DNA from: Oculina patagonica | Lineage: Eukaryota | DNA: 64,000 nucleotides | Assembly: GCF_052425735.1 (NCBI RefSeq) | Contig: NC_135759.1 | Coordinates: 15,624,001 to 15,688,000 of the forward strand | Direction of reading: 5' to 3' | Part shown: positions 38,290 through 49,381 of the stretch, piece after piece | Numbering within the stretch: the first letter of the stretch is position 1 | Layout: the number at the start of each line of letters is the position of its first letter | Program-made: the position numbers and the translations under genes | Notes under the pieces: generated by a model | The model's input: the letters and a program-made list of their open reading frames with translations, nothing else | Databases searched by the model: none | What the model was told of the DNA's origin: nothing

Positions 38290-41200
38290 GAGAGATATTT
38301 TATTGTTAAAGCACAGTTAAGGAAATGCAAAATGATTGCTAAGTTAGCAACGATACGCAAGATGTAACTCGTATCGTCCACTGTACTTCCTATGGAAGAT
38401 GATATATCGTTATATTACACTAATATGGCACTGAATGATAAAGGTTAAAAAAATGTACACTTGCATGTAGCAATGTTAAACTTAATAAAGTTATCGATAA
38501 TCTCAACAAAAACGCGTGACAGTAATAATTGAGAAATTAATGTGTTTCTGACTGCGATATTTAGCAGGGGACGGATTCAGTGAAAAATGAACTTGGGAGT
38601 GACCACATCATTTAAGCGTGTACACGCTGAGTCAAATAACTTTCACTCTTCCCTAACTCCCCCTCCTCTCTAACTAACCCCCCCCCCCCCTCCTCTAGTT
38701 CATATCCCTTTGTGTTCATTTCATCGCATTATTGTAGGCTGATAATTTGCATACGAAAAATTGCCCACGGCACCTTGGAATAAATGTGAACAATTAGTGC
38801 ACAACTCATAAAGAAAACTGCTAAAATACAGATTAATTGAACCACACTTAGTAGAAACTCAGTCGTGTTCTATTGGAAATCCGCGAATCTGATTGGTTCT
38901 CCCACTGTTTTCTATTCACTGATATAACAAAATTGCGCGCTCGTTGCTCATTTAAGGACTAATTTTGCTTTATTTTTGGCTTAAAAGTACGTAACAAGGT
39001 AGGTTTTGGACTGCAGTCCTTTAAGAGTTTCTACTACTCGCCTTCGTTTTCAGTGCATTATCTTATTGTTTCCGACGGAAATTGTACGAAACGGTAAACT
39101 GTTTTAACATACTTTGAATTTGAAAATGAAAATAGGTGGTCTGAAAATCTAGTTATTTGTACTGATGACGCAAACTGAAAGGAACAAGTCGCTTAAAATT
39201 TCTCAAGTTCGTCGTTTAAAACCCCTGAGCTCAATCTTCGGCGCAAATCCTGTACTTATCCTTGTTTCTGTTTGATTTCCTATTACCCTGTCAATGTTTT
39301 TCTATCTAAGCAACGATAACTATTTAAAGGAGTCAAACTTCAGACCAAAGAAGTCCTTTGGTTTGAAGGTATAATGTTTCATTAAACTGCCCTTTTATAG
39401 TTCAGTTCGATGTTGCTGATTGATTGCTCATAAGTGGGGGCTGGAAGTGAAACCCCACAGATGGCTCTCGGACATCACTAGGGGCCGAGAACAGCGAGGC
39501 CACTGCATATTCAGCACCTGAATGCATGCAAATTTACGCTATACACACAGAAGTCAAACCTTGTTATATACGGACATGCGGTTTAAAGAACGTTGAGCAA
39601 TTTTCATTATCCTTCTTAAAAATGTATCCTGTCAGCATTTCATTTCCCCGGACTAAACGTGTTTAATATAATGGTTCACTAATACAACGAAAATACAGCC
39701 AGAAAAACATCATTGTATTCAATCGGACGAATTTAAATTTTATTCAGTGGCAAGTTTTAAAATTCACAACTCAAGACTCTATGAATGGTTTGATACTGGC
39801 TTTTTAAAATCCGTTGAAAAACAAGCAATTTTACATCAAACCTTATTAAAAAAGACGCTTCCATCGAAAAACTTCAAGTTTACTCCATCGATCTAGCCGA
39901 TGAGAATTCAAAGCCTTCAAGCGTCTCTTCTGGTGTTTTCCTTCGTTTTAAACTTTATAAAAAGCTTATGTCTAAACCATTCGTTATTTTTAACGTGGAT
40001 GTTCCTGGCTGCAATTTTAGTCATTCTCGTATCATCCTGGATACTTGGTTATTGCACAAGATTTAAAGGGGATGCACTAACATTTGAAAGGAAATCTCCC
40101 ACGCATATAAATACGATACTGTTTATGCATTATAAATATCAAAATTTTAAAGTGATGTAATATTGGATTTATAAGATAAGATTACAATTAATACTGTTTA
40201 ATGATACCGTATTTAAAATTGCGACAACGCCTGGCTCATGTAGGTGAATCAAGAGAAGTTTGGCCTGAATCAAACTTAGGCTTCATGGTTAGAAGACCTT
40301 TTCTTGGAATAACAGTAACTTATAATTTATTCAAATGATCAACTTGTTTACGTGTATTCATTGTTCAACAAATGAAGAACGAAACGAGAATAAATTAGCA
40401 CTCCACCGCTGTATTTATAATATTGCCCAATAAATATATATTGAAATTACAGTCCGATTAAAAACATGCTGCATATACAACCCCTTTAAATCTTAGCGCA
40501 TCCCCTCTAAATTTTACTTATTTATAAATTAACGTAACCGTTTTTTGGCAAAAGAACATTTAACCCGCGGATATATTACAAGCGTGTCATGAACTAAATT
40601 CAATATTGTACTGAAGACAAATTAAATCGAATTTATTGGTAAAATACGAGGATATTTATAGTATGCTGAAAACGTTTACGGGGTACAATAACAATCGATT
40701 AAACAGGTGCATCGATTATCATAACACGATCAGTAAGGAAATACGTCTTTTATCAGCCTGATAAGAAGTCGTATACAAGAAGATGTTATAACCCACACGC
40801 ATCAATCTCTCACATAAGTTTTCTGATAAAACTAAACTTTATTGTATTTTAGGTTTTAGAATTAAGAACTGTGCGAAATAGCTAGGACCAGGTGTTAAAA
40901 AGAACGACAGAAATCAATGTAGAATGCTACTTATCGAATGAAACACCTGCGTTTGTGAATCAGTTTAAGTGATATCCCGAATCAGAAAAGTGAGATAAGA
41001 TAATAATAATAAGATAAGATAAGAACCTTTCATGTTAAGGTGTCAACGTATTTAGTGTGTATTGTTAAATACAAGTTCTTATACGATTTGTTTCAAATGC
41101 TATATGCAATACCTAAAGCTATGATTCAAAGACTTGATGGAACAAACCAACTGCACTGGGCTTTAACTTCACAAGATATATTTATTCAATTGATTATGAA

Positions 41201-41513
41201 TGTAACAGATGAGACTTACACCACAATAGAAAGTCTTTCGTAGATGCATTCGTCAAAACTCTGCAAATCTACAAGGAAACGTAAATGAAATCCACAATGC
41301 CGTACGTGGTCGCACTCAAGGAAAATCCCCTTCTTTACAGTTTCTTCTTCCTTGGCAATAAGCCGCGGAGCACGGCCGGTAGCCGAATTAGAGTCCAGAG
41401 GAACACAATGCACCTGTTAAACCGGATGAGATTCCTCGTGAAGGGACTGATCTGGCCTCTAATAACTATTTAGTAAAGTATCTAATTTTGGAAGATTTCA
41501 ACTGTGCAATTAG

Positions 41514-41520
41514 TATATAA
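41514..41520 (+). promoter_or_regulatory. TATA box of gene D
   Basis: TATATAA 100 nt before ATG 41614. Confidence 0.6.
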
Positions 41521-41613
41521 CTATGCTGAGGTCGACTGGTCATAGCAGAATTTCAACGTTACGAATTAAGAAGAACAGAATATCAAAAGAAGATCAAAGA
41601 ACGTCCTCAAACC

Positions 41614-41892
41614 ATGAAAGGTGAGCGTTTTTCGACACCTAACAAGCCTTTTGATTTAATCGATAGACTGCGTTTGGTTCACTTTTGTCTGAGTACAAGG
41701 TAAAATAATTATCGTCGTTAAGCCACGTCCTAAACGAACAAGCTTCACAGTTTTTAGATTTGTAATTGTAATTTTATGTAGTAATTTTTTATGCTTTTAA
41801 ATTTTATGCTTTGTAAATTTTATGCTTTTTACTGGTCACCGATTGATACCAGTCAATCTCCTGAGACTGACCGGTCTACCAGGATAAATAAA

Positions 41893-41938
<46 letters not shown>

Positions 41939-44081
41939 GTGAGCAACTAACCATTTGCGAGAAGAAGTTCTTTACTGCGTTAATTACAAGTTTACAGAAG
42001 TTGCTCGGCTCGACATCTCTAAATCATCTACATCTACATCTACATTTATTAAGTTGATAAAATCTTATAAGACATCACATCAACTATTGTCCATATGCAT
42101 AAATTAGATAAAAATCATTCAGAACTATAGAATTTTTTTATGTTTTCTCTTTTAAATTTGAGCTAGTGCTAGCATAACAAGCTTTACAATTGGCTAAAAA
42201 ACTCATATGATATATTCCAGCCAATGACAGCAAAGATTTTTGAGCCAATCAGCTTCAAAATTGACTGTTTGATTTTACGAACATTTTCCCGCACACGTGA
42301 TCAGGAGTTGACTGCATAACTAACTGTTATTTTTCATTATTTTCTTTGTAGTTTTATTTTCTGTCTTTTGCACTTCGATGGCTATTTCCATGATACAAAC
42401 TCAGAAAGTATGTCAACTGGATAAGAACACTAGAGAACAATTGAGTAGATTGTTTCCGATGTTGCTAAAATTGGGAGTGGACCTGCTTAAGACAAAGGAA
42501 ACAATAATTGTAAGTATCTTCAATAAAAGTTGCATGTCTTAGCATTTTAATTTTTAAGAAAGGTCGATAACTTATTTATTATTGTAATATTAATTCAACT
42601 GTGTTTAATCCTGAGTTATATTAAGGTCATTCCACCGAAATAGAACTGAACATAGATTTTCAGCCAACTTTGCCTACTGGTTGATTACCTTTAGGGAACT
42701 TAAATTTTGAAATTAAAAAAGGGGGGTCATCATATTCGTTTAGAAGCAGGAAGACCTTGTATATACCGTATAATTCCTTAACAATTCCTTTGCGAGTCTG
42801 GCAAAGTACACGTTTCCGGTGATAATTTATTTTTCAAACATAGAAATTGATATTTATCATTCTATAGAAAGAATTTGATCACTGCACTCCAAATACGAGA
42901 AACAACTGATAGATCACCACACCCGCTTACGAGAAAACAACGATTTATCTCTCTCGCGAGCTAAAGAGTCAGATAGAAAAAAGCCGCCATTTTGTTTTCG
43001 TGCGCTCGCTAATTACGCGCAAAATTCTGCGCAGTAAGGATGCACAATACAGCATAGCCGCCTGTCTTTTACGTCCCCCACTCCCGTAGCAATTGCAAGT
43101 CGAAAATTTAATAATGTTTTATTACTTTCACTCCAGGGGAAAAGCTGGTTCAACTACAGCTACGAGACAGCAGACGTACAGTTGTCAGCGTTCCCAAATC
43201 AACAAAGTATAAATAAAACTACGGTAAGAACCTTCTTTGGTTTTCGTACTGACTCTAGACATTTCTGGAATTGACGAACAATTTGAGATTTTGTTTTGCA
43301 CGGAATTAACTCTAATATTCCAGACAATTAACATTTAATAGTAAGTGAGGAATCAGCTTTAAATTAACAGATACATGAAAGAAATAGGACTGTCAATTAT
43401 TGACCTTAAAGCGAATCAAATTTCGATATTTAACACAACACCATGCTTTTTTGAAGCAATACTGACTCAACGTTTCTTTTTTTTTTCAGGCTCAAAGCAC
43501 GTTGGACATGAACTGTCGAATTTTGAAAGCATTTCTCCCGATTATAAGCAAATTCAAAAGGCAATTTGGTGCCTTCACAGCTGCTAGGGATGTGACACAT
43601 CAGCTTCAAGAAATCAAATGGAAAGCTGGCACAACCATTAATTTAATTCAAACTATTCAAAATGCAGTACAAAAGGTAAATGAAATACATATAACTTTCA
43701 ATATTCCCCTGTTCCCCACTATCAATAGTGCAAAGTTCAAAAATTGTTTCCTCACTAGTATTGCTATTCTATTTCTTATACTATTTTTTAAACATAATTA
43801 CATAATGTAATGTAGGTTTTATTTCTTTATTACAGCCCGGCCAACCTCGTACAGCGGTCATCCGTCCCATCAAAAGCGCTGCCATTAACGCAACACGCAG
43901 CTTCCTTGGTGTGCGTACTAGTGCCCAGAGCTCCGCGACAACAAGACCCTCGGCGACAACTTTATCACTACATGACATTGCTCTGCAAGCGGCTACCATG
44001 TTGGACGATTTCTACTCCAACATTGTCAAAATGCAAGTGGATTTCTTAAAAGTTACCAAGACATTGTGCCCAACGAAATAA
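41614..44081 (+). CDS. Gene D: secreted four-helix cytokine-like protein, 5 exons, 227 aa
   Basis: Exons 41614-41620, 42352-42509, 43137-43223, 43490-43675, 43836-44081; GT-AG, phases 1/0/0/0. MKVLFSVFCTSMAISMIQTQKVCQLDKNTREQLSRLFPMLLKLGVDLLKTKETII|GKSWFNYSYETADVQLSAFPNQQSINKTT|AQSTLDMNCRILKAFLPIISKFKRQFGAF...QNAVQK|PGQPR...LHDIALQAATMLDDFYSNIVKMQVDFLKVTKTLCPTK. Confidence 0.85.
41895..41935. repeat. (TTA)n microsatellite
   Basis: About 13 perfect TTA units in intron 1 of gene D. Confidence 0.9.
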
Positions 44082-46080
44082 TGTCTCGAACTTTATCACT
44101 CCCACGATGTTATGAAGCTCAGGAGGGGAAAAATGTTTTTTTCTGTTGGTGAATTAAATAGTTTCGGGGAGTATAAAAATAACAACCGAGGAATTGTGAA
44201 AGTTCTTTGAACTACCAGTAAGGCAATATTTGCTTTAAAATGTTGTTTATCATTGTATGATTGCAGCGTAGCTTTTTATCTCCGTGAGATTTTTAAGATT
44301 GGCAAAACGAAACGAAATATTAAAAAAACAAGGTAAAATTGTATTCCTAAATGTAAGCCTCTGAAAGTGGTTGAAAATAAAAGTAGTGAAAATCAAAGTT
44401 ATAGATTCTTGTTTTGAGTTGTATTTAAACGTTTAAAACTTGCCGGGTATTGATTTTCTACTACCGTATTTATTCGATTAGCGCCCTGGGGAAAAAAAAA
44501 AAAAAAAAAGGGGGTTGGGGGGGCTATTTCTTTCTGTGTCTTTTTCCGGTTTAATCTGTGCAGCTATAAGAAAATAATGTATCCTCAGATTCTATGCCAC
44601 ATATTTGACCACTATCGTGACATTCTAATGCTATTTCTGTCGGAAGTACAGAAGACGATACGAATTACAATTAAAAATTAAAATACAATTTAAAATTAAA
44701 AATGTTTCCGGCATTGTGCTTACTACAGTTTAACAAGAGCAGTTTCTTTTGGTTTAATTTTTCAGAGGTATAAACACGCCACAGAATCGTACATTTTGGT
44801 TGAGCGATAAGTTCTGACTAAGTTGCCATATTCATCTGCTGCTTAGTGATGATAAGAGTTAACGGCATGGTTGCTAAGACACGACACAGTTGTTATACCT
44901 TTAGGTACTCTAGGTAAAGATGACTTCAAAGTTTACCATACAAATTTTATCATACCGAAATACTTAAATGACTAAGAAGACTTTTGTACAGAATATGTTC
45001 TCAAGAAATAGTTTGTGGGTATTTAATAATGCTGCGCGGAACTCACCATCCATGGGAATAGAGTGGCAGATCCGATGACGGAAATTACTTTACTTCTACC
45101 TTAACAGCAATGATCAACCAAAAGAATCTGCAAAAAAATGTACTATATACTTCTTTTGTGCATTTTTTAATGCACAATTCCTGGAATTGTCTGTTGCGAC
45201 TCTGTGCCAATCGATGTAGCTAATTAGTGGCAAGTATCTGCGTTGTTTTCATTGTCATTTTTGGTAAACCTGGTTTAACTAAACATGTTTTAATTAATTT
45301 GTTGATGCAAATGGAGTATCAAACAGTTATTCATCTCGCATTTAGTGAATATCGATAAATGTTTGCCTCAACCTCTTTTCGGTCAACGAAGCGAATAAGT
45401 TGTTACTTCATTTCCTATAAATCGAGATTCAGAACATTTGAATAAAAGTCAACTAATATGAGTTGATTTCTTAAATGTACAAAAAAACTGTGAACAGAGG
45501 GAGAAGACGGAAAGGGAGTGAAAATTATTTGAGCAACTATGCGCTTTAATTGGGGAAGGGGGGGGGGGGGGCCCTCTCAAATTAATTTTTCCATTGAATC
45601 CCTCCCCTGCTAAATGGTGCACAGTCGCAAGTCACATTTATCGTCATACACATTCGTTGAAATTATCGTCAACTTTAATTAGTTCAAGAGTGCTAGCTAC
45701 ATGCTCGTTTACATTCATTTTTCTTCTTTTTGTGCATATTGGTGCAATATATACTAGTTATGCAACGCATTCGGGTGGTATTCTATGGAATATCTCTCTT
45801 GTTTTTTTTTTTTTTCTCTTTACACCGCGCCTTTTGGGGGTGTGTATGAAAAAAAAAAAAAGGGAAAAGGGGATATCCATATAGAGAAATTTTTTATTTT
45901 TTATAAAAAAAAAAATTTTTTTATACCCAGCGCAGGGGTGGGTGACTTAATTTTTTTTTTTTTTTTTTATAAAGCAATATATCATCTCCCATGGGAAGTA
46001 CACTGGATGATACAAAATTATATATATAGCGTATCGTTGCTAACCTATCAATAATTTTGCATTTCTAAAAAAAATCGCCT

Positions 46081-48590
46081 TTAATTGCAAGTTTGAGCTG
46101 CAATTTTCCGTAAATCGCTGGCCAGATGGAAAACATTTGTGTAAAAGTCAACCAATATGATTTGAGTTCGAAAAGCCACATCTTCAATGGTTGGAGAGGA
46201 CCCCATACTCGTTGAATTTAAAGGCTTGGTTTGGACAGACCGACTGGCAGGTTTGCTGTCAGTGTCGTTTTTCTTTTGACCGTCTTGTTGTTCAATGCTC
46301 CGTTTTCCTCGCCGACTCTGTGAATTGAATGACAAAAATATTTTATCAGATGAGTACTGACATTTTGAAAAACCGAGAAACAAAATAGGTTTCAGGTCCA
46401 ATTTGTTTAGCACATGCAATAGGCCTAAGTGAAGCTATCTACAATTTTGGAAGTCGGTTATCTTGTTTGCAATTTATAAGGAATTCTCTCCCAGCACATC
46501 GACTTTGGATGATTGCGCGACTTTATTGCATGCAAAAATAAGTAACTTCTGTGATCTTTATAAAAAACAGGTATGTGTTTTATTCTACCAATGTTACTGC
46601 AGGATTGCCTTAAATCATTCTCTTCACGTTAGAGCAGCTTTTAGTTGAGTGTCGTAAATCCAAAACCGAAGTAATTACTCTGACCAATCACAAGGGACAC
46701 TTACTATTCAGTAAACCAATCAAAACTCAAAGTAATTACATGTAGTCGTCACCAAGCGCGCGAAAACGTGCGCGAGTAAACTCACAATTGGTTTTGGTTT
46801 TACTTCTAATTGGGTGAGAAAGTGGCGTGATGTTTTAAAGCCAATCAATGAGCGTAGTAATGCAAAACCAAAGTAAAATCAAATTACTTTCGATACTCAA
46901 GGGGAAACTGCTCTTACACGAAGGCGCAATATCTACTAACCGATTTGATGATTGTCACAGTTCTTTTCAAATGGCTTATTACTGTCCTTGTCCGTCCTTT
47001 CTAGACCCACCAGTTGGGTAGTTACCAGTCCTTTAGCGACAGGAAAACGGCTCAGCTGATTGGTGGAATTATCCAGCAGTATGACGAAGGTTCTCAATAT
47101 ATGAATGTTTGCTTTGAGGATCTGTTCAGGCTGAGGTAAAGAAAGCGCATTTGATTACTTGAATGTCTAGACATCAGAATAAAGGCCTATCGGTCAGCCG
47201 ATTGAAAAATCATTCAACAATCTATCAGGATAAGAAAATCTAAGGGAACTTTTAGAAAGCCTAAACTCATTGCACTAGCTTCGCTTCGGCATGCAACTGA
47301 ATTAGGAACTGAGAATATCTTAAATCTTTTCAGTTTTATTGTTTTTTTTTTTAAACAATAGTTACAACTTTGAATAAACAGTTATTTATTTGTCAATATA
47401 ACAATAGTGATTTTAAACGAGCAAAGGAAAAGATATTTTATTACGTATTAATATTACAGGTAATTTATTTCAAGTACATAGCTCAACAATGACGTGCTAT
47501 CAGGTAAAATAAAAATGCATATGTGTAATCTTAAATCAGGTGGCAACTGATTTGTTGGCCATACTCAAAGAAATAAAAAGTATTTTTCTTTTGTACATCC
47601 AAACAAAATAATTCAAGTGATGGACAAGAGATATCACGTGATCGCATCGATATTAAGGGTTCGTGTGTTGCTATGCAACAGTATTTACCAAACTGAATCA
47701 AATCGCAGCAGCCAGTTTATTGCGAGGATGGACAGACCCAGAAAGAACAGGCCAGAGCAAAAAAAATTATGAAAATAGCCTTGGCCTTGGCCTCCTATGG
47801 GGCAATAGTTAAACAGCTCTTCCTACCTTGACGGTTTTGTTGAGTTTGGGACGAGGCCCAAAAAATCCAATATTGGTTGCATTGAAAGGACTTGGTGGCC
47901 ATCTTCTAGACTGGAACAATTAAAGAAAGCAATTCAAATAATGATTTTGGTGAATTGGAGTTAATGCCACTTTGCATTGTTCCTCGACTCGCCTTTTTGT
48001 GGTCTTAGCTGGTTTTTTTTCTGACGTTTATCTTTCTTTATTCTGTACAGAATAGAGGGAAAATGACATTTGTGTATGCAAACAACACAGGAATTGACAA
48101 CAGTTTAGAGTAAGTATCACTGAATTAGTACTTTCGCTAGAGAAACTAACCAAGCATTTTTTGGGAATGAAGTTTATTTTCAGACAAGAAACGAAGAAAA
48201 AATCAACCGGGAAACTCAGCCCACATTGGGTGGGAGGGAACGGAAGAAAATACTCGTGGAATCAACGACAGGCAATGAACGCCTCACAATACCAACGAGC
48301 ACGCCCCTCGTAACACGCTACACATTAATGTCCGAAGTAACTGAACATACGCTAGCTCTATTTTTTTAAGCTGGGCTAAAAATATAACGATGTAAGGGTT
48401 GGGGTTAAATTTACCATGTTGCCGCGGACAACGGAGATTTGTTCTGCCAGGACGCGAGAATTGATCAAAGAATCCGAGAGTAAGGCTTTAATATCTTTAT
48501 CCCTTTGACATGGCCAAGCAGCACTTTTGGCAGCAAAACAGTTCGTCATGGCGACGTTACACCAGGGAAGGAAACTAGTTGTCAAACTCC
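46081..48590 (-). pseudogene. Gene E: paralog closest to C and B, with a +1 frameshift in exon 4 (pseudogene or assembly error)
   Basis: Exons on the minus strand: 48590-48415 (..WPCQRDKDIKALLSDSLINSRVLAEQISVVRGNM), 47910-47827 (SRRWPPSPFNATNIGFFGPRPKLNKTVK), 47130-46941 (190 nt versus 189 in B and C; extra base near 47001), 46317-46081 (SRRGKRS...ILVDFYTNVFHLASDLRKIAAQTCN). Exon 1 is not securely located. Confidence 0.75.
46632..46913. mobile_element. MITE in intron 4 of gene E
   Basis: Imperfect TIRs GAGCAG...TTGAGTGTCGTAA / TTCGATACTCAA...CTGCTC with TTA on both flanks and internal CCAATCA repeats. Confidence 0.65.
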
Positions 48591-49381
48591 CTGTTAAGGA
48601 AATAAGTTGACATAACACAAAACACAAGCACTAATTCTTTATTGTTCTGACGTCTTTTCTGAAATAAAATTATTCAAGAATAGTTTCTCAGGTAACATAT
48701 GTTGTAAGGTTACTGCCCTAATTAAAAATAAGAGCAGTAACAGTAGCTCTTTCATCACTCTCTCTAAGGTTGAAAGCTTAATTTTCCTTGCTGGGTGTTT
48801 TATAGGATTTCTTCATTTTCTTTATTCTGGTGCGCACGGTAAGCACGAAAACATGCAAGATAAGCTCTAATGGATCATACGTATACTGTCTGTTGTGTAG
48901 TGAAGCTGAAATTAACTAATTTCAAACTATCCATGAAGTTGATTACTTTACTAACTGTTGACTTATGGAGTACTCTTTTACAAGGTATCAGAAATACATG
49001 AAAATCACCACATGAAAAAATAGGTTTCTTCTGATTTTGCAAGCTGAGATATTAAAAAGTCCAAGGTCTTGAACAAGACATAATCATTAATTTCAACTCG
49101 ACGAGTTGGCTGCGAGGCAACTGCTAAGTAACTAAATTCTTGAGTTTTAGCGACTTTCAGTATACGTGCATCCATCTTTCTGCGATCACACGAGAAATAA
49201 CTCTGAAAAAAGGATTCATTTTTCCCAGGTTGTCATCAATAGTTTGCTTCTTTAAAAGGTTTGAGCTAAATACCAAATCCAGTCAACAGCCGATGGGCGC
49301 CCACATGCACGGAAGAGGGAAGGAAGGACTGTCCTCTTAATAAACTTGATTCAAGACTTGAGTTAAATTACTTAAGAGAAT

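Noticed and set aside
48700-48940. Candidate first exons for gene E (ATG 48755 reading MKELLLLLLF; ATG 48934 with a GTTTGA donor)
   Set aside because: The first has no phase-1 donor and the second has a weak donor. Neither could be supported, so exon 1 is left unassigned.
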